IMG/VR virus record: IMGVR_UViG_3300031413_000005
Span: 32,001 to 96,000 of that record
Strand: one strand, 5' to 3'
From: a virus
DNA: 64,000 nucleotides
Under the pieces are notes generated by a model. It worked only from the letters and a program-made list of their open reading frames with translations, was not told the origin of the DNA and did no database searches. How positions within the stretch are numbered: position 1 is the stretch's first letter; the number at the start of each line of letters is the position of its first letter. The position numbers and the translations under genes were made by a program. Below are positions 8,519 to 18,098 of this stretch, in pieces.

Positions 8519-11500
8519 CTACCATGCACTTGCGGGATTGCAAGCGTCATTATCGACCAATTTCGCAGCGTCCCTAAAAAGATTGGTGAGCGTCTCCCGC
8601 TTTGCCTCGTCGTGGTAGATCTGGGTCGGGTTGAAACCGATGATGACGGTCGCATCCATCTCGGACGAGTAGGACATCTTGCCGCAATGCTCGGCCATGC
8701 CGCCCTTCAGGTCGGGGAAGAACGCGCGCGTGGCGTTGGCACCCAGCGTGATGATGACCGGTGGCTTCAGGATCTCGATCTCGCGCTTCAGGAACGGCTG
8801 CGCGGCCATGACCTCGTCGCGCGGGACTTCCTTCTCGCCCTTGCGCTTCGGCCGGCGTGCGCACCACGTCCAGTAGGCGTGCTCGACATGCAGCCCGCTC
8901 TCGACGAGCGACGGGCGAATGAACTGCTCGAAGCTGAAGGTCTGAGGCAGGGTCTGGTAATCGTTCAGCGGGTGATCGAGCACCACCATGATGCGCGGGT
9001 CGTTCCCGGCGTAGCCCTCCATCGCTGCGCTCCCCAGCGCTGCCTTCATCTCGGTGATGAGGCGATCGAGGGCATCGGCCGTCAGATCGTCCTGGGGGAT
9101 GACGCGCTCGGCTGACACGCCCTGGTCCATCACGCCGGGCATGAGTGCGATCTGGTCGCGCTTGCGGCACTCGTCGGTTGCGGCCGGCTGGCCGGGCTCG
9201 ATGCGCGAGAACGCGCCAACCTTGTCGAGGTTCTCCATGCCGCGGCTGGTCAGGAGCTTGCCTGGGATGCGGTTGCGCACGTCCTCCATCGAGACGAAGC
9301 GGCCCGGCCCCCACTGGTGCTTGAACACCTCGCGCGCTTTACCGCGCTTACCGTTGCTGCTCTCGGTGAAGACCGGTTCCGTCGTCGTGCGAGCTTCTAT
9401 GATCGCAGCCGCACCATTCGCAGATACGTGCATGACCGACGACAGCGGTGCGCACAGCACGGTGTCGTTGAGCGGCTCGAAGCGTGCCGTCGACACGTTG
9501 ATGTCAGGCGGGATCACCGTGATGCCGTCTTCCTTCGCCTGCTTGATGAGGCCGGGGAGCTTGTCAGGATGCACGACCGTCATTGCCGCGGCGTAGAACT
9601 CGATCTTGTAATTGGCCTTCAGATACGCGGCCTGGTACGAGATCAGCGTGTATTCGACCGCGTGGCTGCGGTTGAAAGCGTAGCCCGCGAACTTCTCAAT
9701 GCCGTCGAACAGCGCACCGGCTGGTATCGCGTCCATGCCTGCGACCTTGAAGGCGCCATCGACGAACTTGTCGCGCTGCTCGGCCATCATGTCCGCGTCC
9801 TTTTTGCCCATCGCCTTGCGGAGGACGTCTGCCTCGCCCGGCGTGAAGCCGCACAGCGCGCGCGCCACGAGCATCACCTGCTCCTGGTAGGTGACGACGC
9901 CGAAGGTCGTGTTGAGGACTGGCTCGACCAGCGGATTCACATAGCTGACGGCACGATTGCCGGCGCGACGCTCGATGTATTCCTCGCACAGACCTGCATC
10001 GAGAGGCCCTGGGCGGTTGAGCGCGTTGAGCGCCACAAGATCTTCAAACGAGAGAGGACCGCCGCGTGCCATCTGCTTGAGCAGACGACGCACGCTGGCG
10101 CCCTCGAACTGGAAGATACCGCTGGTGCGTGCGGAGGTGAAAACGTCGAGCGTCTTTTCATCGTAGAGGTCCAGGCTGTTGAGGTCGATCGTGACGCCGT
10201 GCCGCTGCTTGATGAGGCGCAGCGCGTAATCGAAGACGTCGAGCGTCGAGAGGCCGAGCACGTCGAGTTTCACGAGGCCCTGATCCTCGGACACGCGCTT
10301 GTCCCAGTTGATGACGCGACCACCGTTGCGGCGTTCGAGCACGGCGCGCTCCTCCAGATCCACGCCCGCGACGACGACGCCGGCTGCGTGCTGACCGAAG
10401 GTGCGCATCTTGCCTTCGAGCGCGACGGCATGGCTCCAGGCCAGCGGTTCGGCTTCAGCGAATGCGGCAACCTCGGGCGCGGCCTCGCGGCTGTCTTCGA
10501 GGCTCATGGCTTCACCGTGAACATCGCCGACAAACTTGGTGACGCCCGCCTGATCGCCCTTGTCATGGATGCGCAGCACGGAGCGAAGCGCGTCCTTCGC
10601 GCCCATCGAGTTGTAGTTGACGATGCCCGCCACGCGCGCGGCGCCATACTTGCCGGTGAGATACTCGACGACCTCGCCACGGCGCGAGGACATGAAGTCG
10701 AGATCGGCGTCGGGAAGATCGAGGCGGTCGGGGTTGATGAAGCGCTCGAACAGCAGGTTGAAGCGGATCGGGTCAACGTCGGTGATGCCCATCAGGTACG
10801 CGACGAGGCTACCGCCCACCGAACCGCGGCCTGGGCCGACGAGGATGCCTTGCGCCTTCGACCACCGCACGAGGTCGGACACGAGCAGGAAGTATTGCGA
10901 GAAGCCCAGCGTCTTGAGAACGCCCAGCTCGAACTTGAGGCGCGGCAGGTAATCGCTTGCGAGCTCGGCCGGGGTTGGCTGGTGACCGAACACGGGCGCG
11001 GTGAAGCGCTCGCTCCAGCCCCGCTTGCACGCGTCGGTCAGCGCCTGGTCGCAATCGACCTCGACGATCGGCAGTGAGGGGTCTTGCTTCGACCACCGGT
11101 AGGCGCACAAGCTCACGAGGCGCTCGGTATTGCGCAAGCCTGTCTGGAACAGCGGCTTTGCCTGGGTGCCGTAGCGCTGCTCGATCTGGAGCGCGGTCTC
11201 GACGGACTTGCTGACCAGCGCGGGGAGGGTGAGGGGCACGAACTCGGACGCCGGCCGCAGATAGTCGAAGTACGGGCGGTTCTCGGCGATCGAGGCGTTG
11301 ATCGAGTAGACCAGCTCGTTGCCTTCGAGCCAGAACATCGGCTGGATCACGATCGGCTCGGCCTTGGCAGCGGTGCCCCACTTGATCGCGCGGTTGTTGA
11401 TGCGCGTGAAATACGGTGTCGGTGACGGGATGAGCTCGTAAAAGACCGCTGCGAACTGGCAGCTGGTGACAAGCTTGGTGAGACCTGCTGCGCTTTCCTT

Positions 11501-11923
11501 GCGCTGTAGCGCGCTATCGAGGTCACCGGTGGTCAGCACAAGATGCGCAGGGTCGACCAGCTCGCGAATGTCGTCCCAGGTGACGCGCGCGACATAGTAG
11601 AAGCGATCCTCCTGAAAGCCGCGGGAGATCAGGCGGTAGAGGCTCTGGAGCCCTTCGACGCTGGTAGGCCACAGTTTGATGTAGCTGGCGCTCGCTTCCT
11701 TGGTGACTTCCTCGATCACACGGATGCGCGCACCGATCATAACCTGCTTGTCGGCCTTTTTGAACGCCTTGGTGGCGTCGATCAGCGAGGACACTGACAT
11801 CGTGTCGCAGATCCCGACGATGTCGGTGTCGAGCGTGGTGGCGACGTCGATCAGGTTCGATACGGCGAGCGTCGACTCTCCCAGCGAGAAATCGGTGCGG
11901 GCGCCAAGGGCAGGGTAGATCAT
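8519..11923 (-). CDS. dnaE: DNA polymerase III alpha-like (DnaE) with C-terminal UDG-like domain
   Basis: GPGRGSVGGSLVAY, FERFINPDR, PDADLDF, HAAG, KLDVLGL, YQEQVM, YAFNRSHA. The C-terminus has EIEILKPPVIITLG. Confidence 0.95.
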   Translation of the reverse strand: MIYPALGARTDFSLGESTLAVSNLIDVATTLDTDIVGICDTMSVSSLIDATKAFKKADKQVMIGARIRVIEEVTKEASASYIKLWPTSVEGLQSLYRLISRGFQEDRFYYVARVTWDDIRELVDPAHLVLTTGDLDSALQRKESAAGLTKLVTSCQFAAVFYELIPSPTPYFTRINNRAIKWGTAAKAEPIVIQPMFWLEGNELVYSINASIAENRPYFDYLRPASEFVPLTLPALVSKSVETALQIEQRYGTQAKPLFQTGLRNTERLVSLCAYRWSKQDPSLPIVEVDCDQALTDACKRGWSERFTAPVFGHQPTPAELASDYLPRLKFELGVLKTLGFSQYFLLVSDLVRWSKAQGILVGPGRGSVGGSLVAYLMGITDVDPIRFNLLFERFINPDRLDLPDADLDFMSSRRGEVVEYLTGKYGAARVAGIVNYNSMGAKDALRSVLRIHDKGDQAGVTKFVGDVHGEAMSLEDSREAAPEVAAFAEAEPLAWSHAVALEGKMRTFGQHAAGVVVAGVDLEERAVLERRNGGRVINWDKRVSEDQGLVKLDVLGLSTLDVFDYALRLIKQRHGVTIDLNSLDLYDEKTLDVFTSARTSGIFQFEGASVRRLLKQMARGGPLSFEDLVALNALNRPGPLDAGLCEEYIERRAGNRAVSYVNPLVEPVLNTTFGVVTYQEQVMLVARALCGFTPGEADVLRKAMGKKDADMMAEQRDKFVDGAFKVAGMDAIPAGALFDGIEKFAGYAFNRSHAVEYTLISYQAAYLKANYKIEFYAAAMTVVHPDKLPGLIKQAKEDGITVIPPDINVSTARFEPLNDTVLCAPLSSVMHVSANGAAAIIEARTTTEPVFTESSNGKRGKAREVFKHQWGPGRFVSMEDVRNRIPGKLLTSRGMENLDKVGAFSRIEPGQPAATDECRKRDQIALMPGVMDQGVSAERVIPQDDLTADALDRLITEMKAALGSAAMEGYAGNDPRIMVVLDHPLNDYQTLPQTFSFEQFIRPSLVESGLHVEHAYWTWCARRPKRKGEKEVPRDEVMAAQPFLKREIEILKPPVIITLGANATRAFFPDLKGGMAEHCGKMSYSSEMDATVIIGFNPTQIYHDEAKRETLTNLFRDAAKLVDNDACNPASAW

Positions 11924-12459
11924 GCGAGCTCCAGATGGGGGCCGCGAAAGCGTGCGCGGCCGGCAGAAATGAGAAGTGAAACCTCGCGCGTCGCGGTTCG
12001 TGCGGCGCTGCTGTAGGTCAGGTTTGAGCGCTCTTGCAGAGCGTCGGCTATCTCTTTGCGTGTCGATGGTGCTTCACCGATCAGCGAGACGATGGTGCGC
12101 ATGTGCTTCGACAAGCCGCCCAGTTCATCGGCAGAGCAGGTGCGCGGATCGACTTTGGTGCGAGCCGCGCGCGCGAGCGTCGCGGTGTTGCGCACATCGC
12201 CCACCTCGAGAGCCATCGTGACCAGGCCGTCGTCGAGCTGTGCCTGCTTGGCCTTCTTGCGCTCGGTCTTGGTGAGCCATGCGTAGCTCATCTCGCGACC
12301 AGTTGTGCCGTCGGTGAAGCGATCCAGCAGCGCGAGAACGCGCGGCCTGATCTCGTTCACGCGAGCTTGGCATTCGACATGCGCAGGGCACGCTTGGCAC
12401 ATTGGCTCTTTGTGGTCGTAGGAGATCATGGAGCCGAAGCATCCGGGGGCGGTGTGCAT
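11920..12459 (-). CDS. Cys-rich N-terminus plus C-terminal wHTH-like protein
   Basis: PGCFGS...CQACPAHVEC at the N-terminus; TRKEIADAL helix pattern at the C-terminus. Its ATG lies within a 24-bp element. Confidence 0.6.
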   Translation of the reverse strand: MHTAPGCFGSMISYDHKEPMCQACPAHVECQARVNEIRPRVLALLDRFTDGTTGREMSYAWLTKTERKKAKQAQLDDGLVTMALEVGDVRNTATLARAARTKVDPRTCSADELGGLSKHMRTIVSLIGEAPSTRKEIADALQERSNLTYSSAARTATREVSLLISAGRARFRGPHLELA

Positions 12460-12496
12460 GTGTGTCGTCTACCACAAGGGCCGGGAACGGAAAACC

Positions 12497-12527
12497 AAAA
12501 AATGGGCGACCGATTGCTCGATCGCCC
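12497..12527 (-). terminator. Rho-independent terminator
   Basis: GC stem followed by a 6-U tract on the minus strand, just after the AAA gene. Confidence 0.75.
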
Positions 12528-12574
12528 CAGTTTGAGGAGGAGGACTTCAGAGCAGGCCCTCGGCGCTCATCTCG

Positions 12575-13840
12575 TTATCCGAAGACGCGCTGTGCGGCCT
12601 GGCGCACCGCTTCGCCTTCGATCTTGCCCAAGCGATTGACGTAGTTGAGGTCGAGCCCATGCCGGTAGCGACCACCGGTTGCGACGCCTTTGCGAGCAGC
12701 ACCGAGCAGCTCGCGCGGGGAGATGGGGAGGCTGATCTCGCCCGCCTCATACATCGTGCGAACGCGGGTCGCGAAGTCGACCAGCTTGGCGGCGACATCG
12801 ATCTTGATGCCGATCCGCTTCACGATCATCGCCTTTTCGATCTCGTTCGAGGGATAGTCGACGCGGATCGAGGTGCCGAAGCGCGAGTAATTCGCGGCGT
12901 TACCGACCTTGGTGCCGCTATACAGACCGGTGTCGTCGCCCGACCCGTTGGTGTTGCCTGTTGCGAAGAAGCGAAAGTTGGGGTGCGGCTTCACGCGACG
13001 CATCGAGGGCGGCGCCTCCTTGATATACAGATCCTTGCCCTCGAGGACCGGCTGGTAGACCGAGAGCACGCCGGCGTGGGCGACGTCGTATTCGTCGGCC
13101 AGATAGACCCAGCCATTGAGCATCGCTTCGGCGAGCGGGCCGTAATCGAACTCGGTAGCGCCGTTACGCACGACCATCTGACCGACGATGTGGCTTTCTT
13201 CGGTCGTGTCGGTGTGCTGGACGCGCAGCATCGGGCGCTTCGTGCGGGCGCACGCCTGCTCGACGACCGTCGTCTTGCCCGTGCCGTGCGAGCCGAAGAC
13301 ATAGCAGTTATCGTTGAGCGCCAGCGACATCAGCATGTCCTTGAGCTCGTCGACGCGGAACACGTAATCGTTGTCGATCTCCGGGACCGCCTCGAGATCT
13401 GCGGGGCTGTGGTTCTGGAGGACGTCGATCTGGATCACGTCACCTTCCGTGCGACCGCGGCGCGGTGCGGTGCGGGTGGACTCGTTGAGCTCCAGGCCGA
13501 AGACCTCCCACATCGGCAGCTTGATCGCCATGCCGGGGCCGACCTCTGCGATCAGCTTTGCCTGGCGCTCGTTCTGAAGGCGCTCCTCGTTCTTGCGCGC
13601 GGTCTCGCGATCGATGTGCTGGCGCATCGCTGCGTCGTATGCGGCCGACGTCAGCGGTGCGTCGGGAAACTGCTTGCGATACTCACCAACGAGAACCTCG
13701 GGGTCGGCCGCGCCGAGCTCACCGGTCTGCTGGAGGTGCTTGCCGATGTGGTGGCTGGCGGCGCCGCACATGCGGCAAACGACCTGCCCATCGGGCGCGA
13801 GGTCGGTAGAAACTGGCTTGGTCATCGTTGCGGTCGACAT
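12575..13840 (-). CDS. CobS/MoxR-type AAA+ ATPase with N-terminal C2H2 zinc finger
   Basis: CRMC...HL zinc finger, GSHGTGKT, YLADEYD, HPNFRFFATGNTNG, ISPRELL. Confidence 0.88.
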   Translation of the reverse strand: MSTATMTKPVSTDLAPDGQVVCRMCGAASHHIGKHLQQTGELGAADPEVLVGEYRKQFPDAPLTSAAYDAAMRQHIDRETARKNEERLQNERQAKLIAEVGPGMAIKLPMWEVFGLELNESTRTAPRRGRTEGDVIQIDVLQNHSPADLEAVPEIDNDYVFRVDELKDMLMSLALNDNCYVFGSHGTGKTTVVEQACARTKRPMLRVQHTDTTEESHIVGQMVVRNGATEFDYGPLAEAMLNGWVYLADEYDVAHAGVLSVYQPVLEGKDLYIKEAPPSMRRVKPHPNFRFFATGNTNGSGDDTGLYSGTKVGNAANYSRFGTSIRVDYPSNEIEKAMIVKRIGIKIDVAAKLVDFATRVRTMYEAGEISLPISPRELLGAARKGVATGGRYRHGLDLNYVNRLGKIEGEAVRQAAQRVFG

Positions 13841-13938
13841 TCTGGTAACTCCTCGTGAACCGTCTTGCGCGGTGCATTCTCTCTAGCAGCGTTTTGAGCG
13901 CTTGTGCATGGGTGTTGTTGACCATGCACAAAGAGCCG

Positions 13939-15255
13939 TCATTGAATCAAGAATTTTTTCAGCACGCCCATCAGCTTTGCGGGCATCTCGGCCACCTCGT
14001 TGATGACGAGCGAGTTAGGATAATAGCCCTGCACGCCAGCGTATTTGATCCCGACACCGACCACATCGATCCCGGCCGCGGTGACCTCACGGACCATCTC
14101 GCCGGCATGCTGCTGGTAGGGGTGCGTCGCGGGATTGACGCCGCGGTTCTTCTTGGGGTCAGCCTTGAGCGCAGCAGCGTCGGGGTGGAACACAGGCCCC
14201 ATTGGTTTGCCGTCCGACATGACGATAAGCATTTTGCGCTTCTGCGGTTGGGCGAGAAGACGGCGCGCTGCAAACTCGACCGAGCAGCCCTCGATCGTTC
14301 CGTTCATCGTGATGGCGCTGCGAGAGTCGTGAACGGCAGCAAAGCGGCGCTGGACATCGAGATTGAAGGGCTCGTGAAATTCCTTGAAGCGGGGATACTC
14401 GAGCGGCGTCCAGCGCGTGATCGGCGCGATGTCGTGCGCGCGCTGAACCTCGGCCTGATAGTCCGCGGTCGGCTGGAAAGTCATCGCGGTGGTATAGCCG
14501 ACAACCTCGAAAGGGACGCCCACGCGCGTCAGCACAGATCCGAGCGCGTAAGCGGCGCGGACCGCAAGCGACATGGCTGACTGGTCCCAAGTGGACTGAC
14601 CGCCGTTCTGCATCGAGCCCGAGCAGTCCAGCAGCAGCGTGATCGCGGTGTCGAGGGCAGGGGCCTCTTGCTTGCGGCTGAATACGCGATCGTCACCCGA
14701 GAGGACGCGATGCAGGTTCGGCGCGTGAATGCGACCGCGGCGCTGACCGGGCAGGCGAACCGATTGCGTCTTGGCGGCGATCAGTCGCGTGATGTCTTTC
14801 TGAAGCGGACCGACCGCGGTTGCCGTTGCCGCCTGGATCTTGTCGAGCGTGACGCCGCGAGTGTTAATGTCGACGAGCTTGTCCAAGTCTTTCGTGAACA
14901 CGCGGTAGGCGTGACTGCGATCCGAGAGCTGACGCTCGATGAACACGGACAGCATGTCGTCCATGTCGACCACGTCGGCTGCGCTGAACTCGATCGGCGT
15001 CTCGGGCGCATCATCGGCCCCGCCACCAGAGCCGCCCTCGTCCTCGATGTCGACACCGTCGTCAGCTTCCTCCCACGCGCTCAGCTGGTCCTCGAGCTCG
15101 CGCATCTCCTTGAGGTGATCCGCGAACGCGGTGCTGGATTTCTCAAGCGCCTTGAGCGCGGGCTTCTGCGCTTCAGGCCAGTCTTTCGAGTAAGGTCCGA
15201 ACGTGTCGACGAGGTCGATTGCGGCGTCGATTGCGATATTGAGGCTCACCGTCAT
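13939..15255 (-). CDS. CobT-like C-terminal half, vWA domain protein
   Basis: RGRIH...DDRVFSRK, MIDAS motif LLDCSGSM, RKMLIVMSDGKP, VVGVGI. Confidence 0.85.
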   Translation of the reverse strand: MTVSLNIAIDAAIDLVDTFGPYSKDWPEAQKPALKALEKSSTAFADHLKEMRELEDQLSAWEEADDGVDIEDEGGSGGGADDAPETPIEFSAADVVDMDDMLSVFIERQLSDRSHAYRVFTKDLDKLVDINTRGVTLDKIQAATATAVGPLQKDITRLIAAKTQSVRLPGQRRGRIHAPNLHRVLSGDDRVFSRKQEAPALDTAITLLLDCSGSMQNGGQSTWDQSAMSLAVRAAYALGSVLTRVGVPFEVVGYTTAMTFQPTADYQAEVQRAHDIAPITRWTPLEYPRFKEFHEPFNLDVQRRFAAVHDSRSAITMNGTIEGCSVEFAARRLLAQPQKRKMLIVMSDGKPMGPVFHPDAAALKADPKKNRGVNPATHPYQQHAGEMVREVTAAGIDVVGVGIKYAGVQGYYPNSLVINEVAEMPAKLMGVLKKFLIQ

Positions 15256-16586
15256 TCCTTCATCAGCTTGGCGAGACCACGACGGGCCTCGCGCAACATT
15301 TCTTCCACTCGGTCAGCGCTCACGTTCAATTCGCTCGCGATCTCGGTGACCGATTTCTTGCGTTTCTTATGCAAGAAAAGAGCGCGTCGAAGGGTGGGAT
15401 CAAGCAACCCCAGCGCTTCCGTCATCGTGCGGTTGCGTTTCCCACCTTCGCCTGGGGCTGCGTCGTCTTCGGCGTCGGGCTCGTCGGCATCGTCTGGACG
15501 ATCGCCCTCGTCGCGATCGCTGTCGGCATCAGGAACAGGCTTGTCGCCTGGCTGATCGCTGGCTTCAGGTTCGCCTTCGTCACCGTCGCTATCGCCAGGC
15601 TCGTCATCGCCAGCATCATCAGCAGGATCGTCACCAGAACCGTCACCTTCCTCTGTGGCGTCAGCGTTATCGTCCCCAGCGGCGTCTGAATCATCTCCGG
15701 CATCGTCGTCGTCCTCATTGGTGGGCGAGCCGTCCTCGCCCTCGTCTGTATCATCGTCGCTCACGTCATCGCCGGGCTCAGAGCCTTCGGCGTCTTCGTC
15801 TTCGGAAGGCTCGGTCTCGCTCGGCTCGTCGTCATGCGTGCCTTCGCTGTCGTCCTCATCAGATCCCTCGCCGGGATCTTGTGAGTCCTCGTCGGCCTCC
15901 GGCTCGGGTTCGGGCTCTGGCGGGGCTGGAGGGGCCGGTGGGGGAGGCGGGGGCGTCAGCGCTTCCTTCAGCTTCTCCACGCACGCCAGCACGTCGTCGT
16001 AGGTCTCCATCGCGGCAACCTGCGCCCCAAAGCCAGGCAGTCGCTGCATCAGCGGCTCAACGATCGACCAGTAGCCCTTTTCGTCCATCAGCTGCTGGAA
16101 CACCTTCTGCCCGCCAAGCGCGCGCATGGTCGGCATGAGCAACGCGGAGATCATGCGCTTCGGGTCACCAGACTTTGCGACGTCGTCGAGCATTGGCTGC
16201 ACGATCAGCGGGAGCCAGTTGACATACATGCGCTCAAGATTGTCCTTCGTCCCGGGCAGGTCGCGGGGCAGGAGCTTCTCGAGACGAATGTCCTCGAAGA
16301 TGTTCGCGAAGGCGCCGCGTTCGGCGTCGACCCGGCGATCTGGGATCTTGTCGAACGGCGTGTAGAAGATGTGGCCGACCTCGTGATCGAGGTAACCTTG
16401 GAGCGCATCGACGAGCAGCGCAGGGGCCTCGTCGGGGATCTCGGGCAGATTGAGACGCACGACCTTGCCCGTGTGTGGGTCAGCCGCCACAAACGGAGTT
16501 GCACCACGAAAGGTGACGGCTGTGCCCTCGTTCGTCAGCAGTCGCACGGTCCGTGCAAGTGCGTCCTTTCTCGATTGTGCCTTCAC
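15252..16586 (-). CDS. CobT-like N-terminal half: HExxH domain, acidic linker, sigma70 region-4-like HTH
   Basis: YLDHEVGH and NIFEDIRLE; ~140-aa D/E-rich linker; C-terminal LDPTLRRALFL...SVTEIASELNVSADRVEEMLREAR. Confidence 0.8.
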   Translation of the reverse strand: MKAQSRKDALARTVRLLTNEGTAVTFRGATPFVAADPHTGKVVRLNLPEIPDEAPALLVDALQGYLDHEVGHIFYTPFDKIPDRRVDAERGAFANIFEDIRLEKLLPRDLPGTKDNLERMYVNWLPLIVQPMLDDVAKSGDPKRMISALLMPTMRALGGQKVFQQLMDEKGYWSIVEPLMQRLPGFGAQVAAMETYDDVLACVEKLKEALTPPPPPPAPPAPPEPEPEPEADEDSQDPGEGSDEDDSEGTHDDEPSETEPSEDEDAEGSEPGDDVSDDDTDEGEDGSPTNEDDDDAGDDSDAAGDDNADATEEGDGSGDDPADDAGDDEPGDSDGDEGEPEASDQPGDKPVPDADSDRDEGDRPDDADEPDAEDDAAPGEGGKRNRTMTEALGLLDPTLRRALFLHKKRKKSVTEIASELNVSADRVEEMLREARRGLAKLMKE

Positions 16587-16635
16587 CGTATTCTCCGCTG
16601 CATGTGTGTCGTTACCTATGCACGTCTTAGCAGAC

Positions 16636-16667
16636 GAGACCGCTCGCGCAAGTTGGCGGGCGGTCTC
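16636..16667 (-). terminator. Hairpin, probable terminator
   Basis: Arms gagaccgctcgc / gcgggcggtctc; U-tract is weak. Confidence 0.5.
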
Positions 16668-16676
16668 GATCGGTGG

Positions 16677-16853
16677 CTATAGAGGTTGGTGCGTGACGCG
16701 AATGCACACGCCGCCTGGTGAACGGTAAATCAACCCCTTGGGGTAGTGAATCGCCACGCCTCCATCGCCCATCACCTGCCGGTGAAGATTCGATGCTGCG
16801 GCTTGTTCGTCTATCTCAGCAAACTCATCGATCGAGATGGCGTCAAGCGCCAT
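16677..16853 (-). CDS. Small hypothetical protein (58 aa)
   Basis: MALDAISIDEF... preceded by GGGAAG and followed by a hairpin. Confidence 0.5.
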   Translation of the reverse strand: MALDAISIDEFAEIDEQAAASNLHRQVMGDGGVAIHYPKGLIYRSPGGVCIRVTHQPL

Positions 16854-16966
16854 GCCGGCTTCCCATCGACCAAAAGACTCCTGCACCCGCGACTCCTTCC
16901 AAGGGGTCGAGACGATGCAGGAGTTGAGGGAGGATTGCAACGAACAAAACGGGAACGAGTGTTCCT

Positions 16967-17566
16967 TTAGAGGTCCATAATCGCTTGCTTGAGAGCCTTG
17001 CGCTGCACCATCGACAGCCCGTTCTTGTTGATCTCGGGACGCTCGCTCCGAATCATGTCGAGCACGCCCATTTCCGGGACGCTGGCCCAGCGCCGCACTG
17101 CATTCCGATCGGCCGCTGCCTCACGGACTACCGCGAACTGCTCAGCAGGCATGTCAGCGAGCGGAGCGCCGGATGCGGACTGGAGATCCTCGATCATCAG
17201 AGTTTCCTCGTCAACCCGGCCAGAGCGCGTCTTGGGGTCGCCTGCTGCCTTAGACAGCATGCGCCCGAAAGGTATCTGGGGGAAACGCTGTTCGAGCACG
17301 GCGAGCAGAAACTCGGGCGCATCGAGACGCAGCGTGCGAACGAAGTCCATTGCCCGCTCGACAGGGATTGGTGCTCGTCCGCTTGCCATGTGGCTAATGA
17401 CCACCGACGACTTGTAGCCGAGCATGCCAGCTACGGTGCGCTGGCTAGTCCCGCTCTCTCGCTCGATGCGGTCGAGCCCAGCCGCGAACATACGGCAAGC
17501 CCGCGTGTTTGCGAGAGGGTAAGAACCCTCGTCTCGTTGTTCTGCCTTCAGCACTTTCGCTACCAT
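16967..17566 (-). CDS. XRE-type HTH transcriptional regulator, candidate phage repressor
   Basis: SQRTVAGMLGYKSSVVISHMASGRAPIP HTH pattern; AAGGAG RBS; beside the replicon; a 24-bp element variant lies upstream. Confidence 0.75.
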   Translation of the reverse strand: MVAKVLKAEQRDEGSYPLANTRACRMFAAGLDRIERESGTSQRTVAGMLGYKSSVVISHMASGRAPIPVERAMDFVRTLRLDAPEFLLAVLEQRFPQIPFGRMLSKAAGDPKTRSGRVDEETLMIEDLQSASGAPLADMPAEQFAVVREAAADRNAVRRWASVPEMGVLDMIRSERPEINKNGLSMVQRKALKQAIMDL

Positions 17567-17964
17567 GATCGTTACGTCGCTCCTTTTCTTCTTCTTGTTG
17601 TGTTGTACGCTATGCACCTGCTTGTTAGCTAATCAACACACACCGCGCAAGACGGCTCACATGACAAATGGTTCAGTTTATCGATAAGCCAATCGACAAA
17701 TCGACCACAAAAACCAGAACGTATAGAGAACAACACACACTGGTATCGCAGGAATGCGATAGTTTACCGTTCTTCCCGAACGGCAAGTCCATGGTGATGA
17801 ATTTCTGTGATCGAGATAATCGTCTGCTTCCCCAGCGAGGCGCGTGGAGCCCCGTAGGGGTGGAGCGCAGCGCGCCTCGCCCGTTAGAGAGAATCTGTTA
17901 TTGATTCTGTTAAGTAAGTTAAGGTCAAAATCGGCTTGCAAAATCAGTCACTTACAAGGGTTTC

Positions 17965-18096
17965 TGTAAGCGATAGACGAGTCAATGGAAGCGATAGACG
18001 AGCCGAATGCAAGCGATAGACGAGTCGATATGCAAGCGAAAGACGAGTCGATCTGGCAAATGTAAGCGATAGACGAGTCGATGTAAGCGAAACGCG
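17965..18096 (+). repeat. Iteron array downstream of repA
   Basis: Copies of TGYAAGCGATAGACGAGTC at 17965, 17986, 18008, 18031 and 18061, plus a partial copy at 18082; AT-rich tract at about 17885-17960. Confidence 0.9.
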
Positions 18097-18098
18097 TC

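Noticed and set aside
12575-16586. Cobalamin biosynthesis (cobST) as auxiliary metabolic genes
   Set aside because: There is no cobN or other cob gene. Phage CobS/CobT-like proteins are better read as a MoxR AAA+/vWA pair.
17965-18096. Short regularly spaced repeats resembling a CRISPR array
   Set aside because: Gaps between repeats are only 2-11 bp, there are no cas genes, and the same motif flanks repA. These are iterons.
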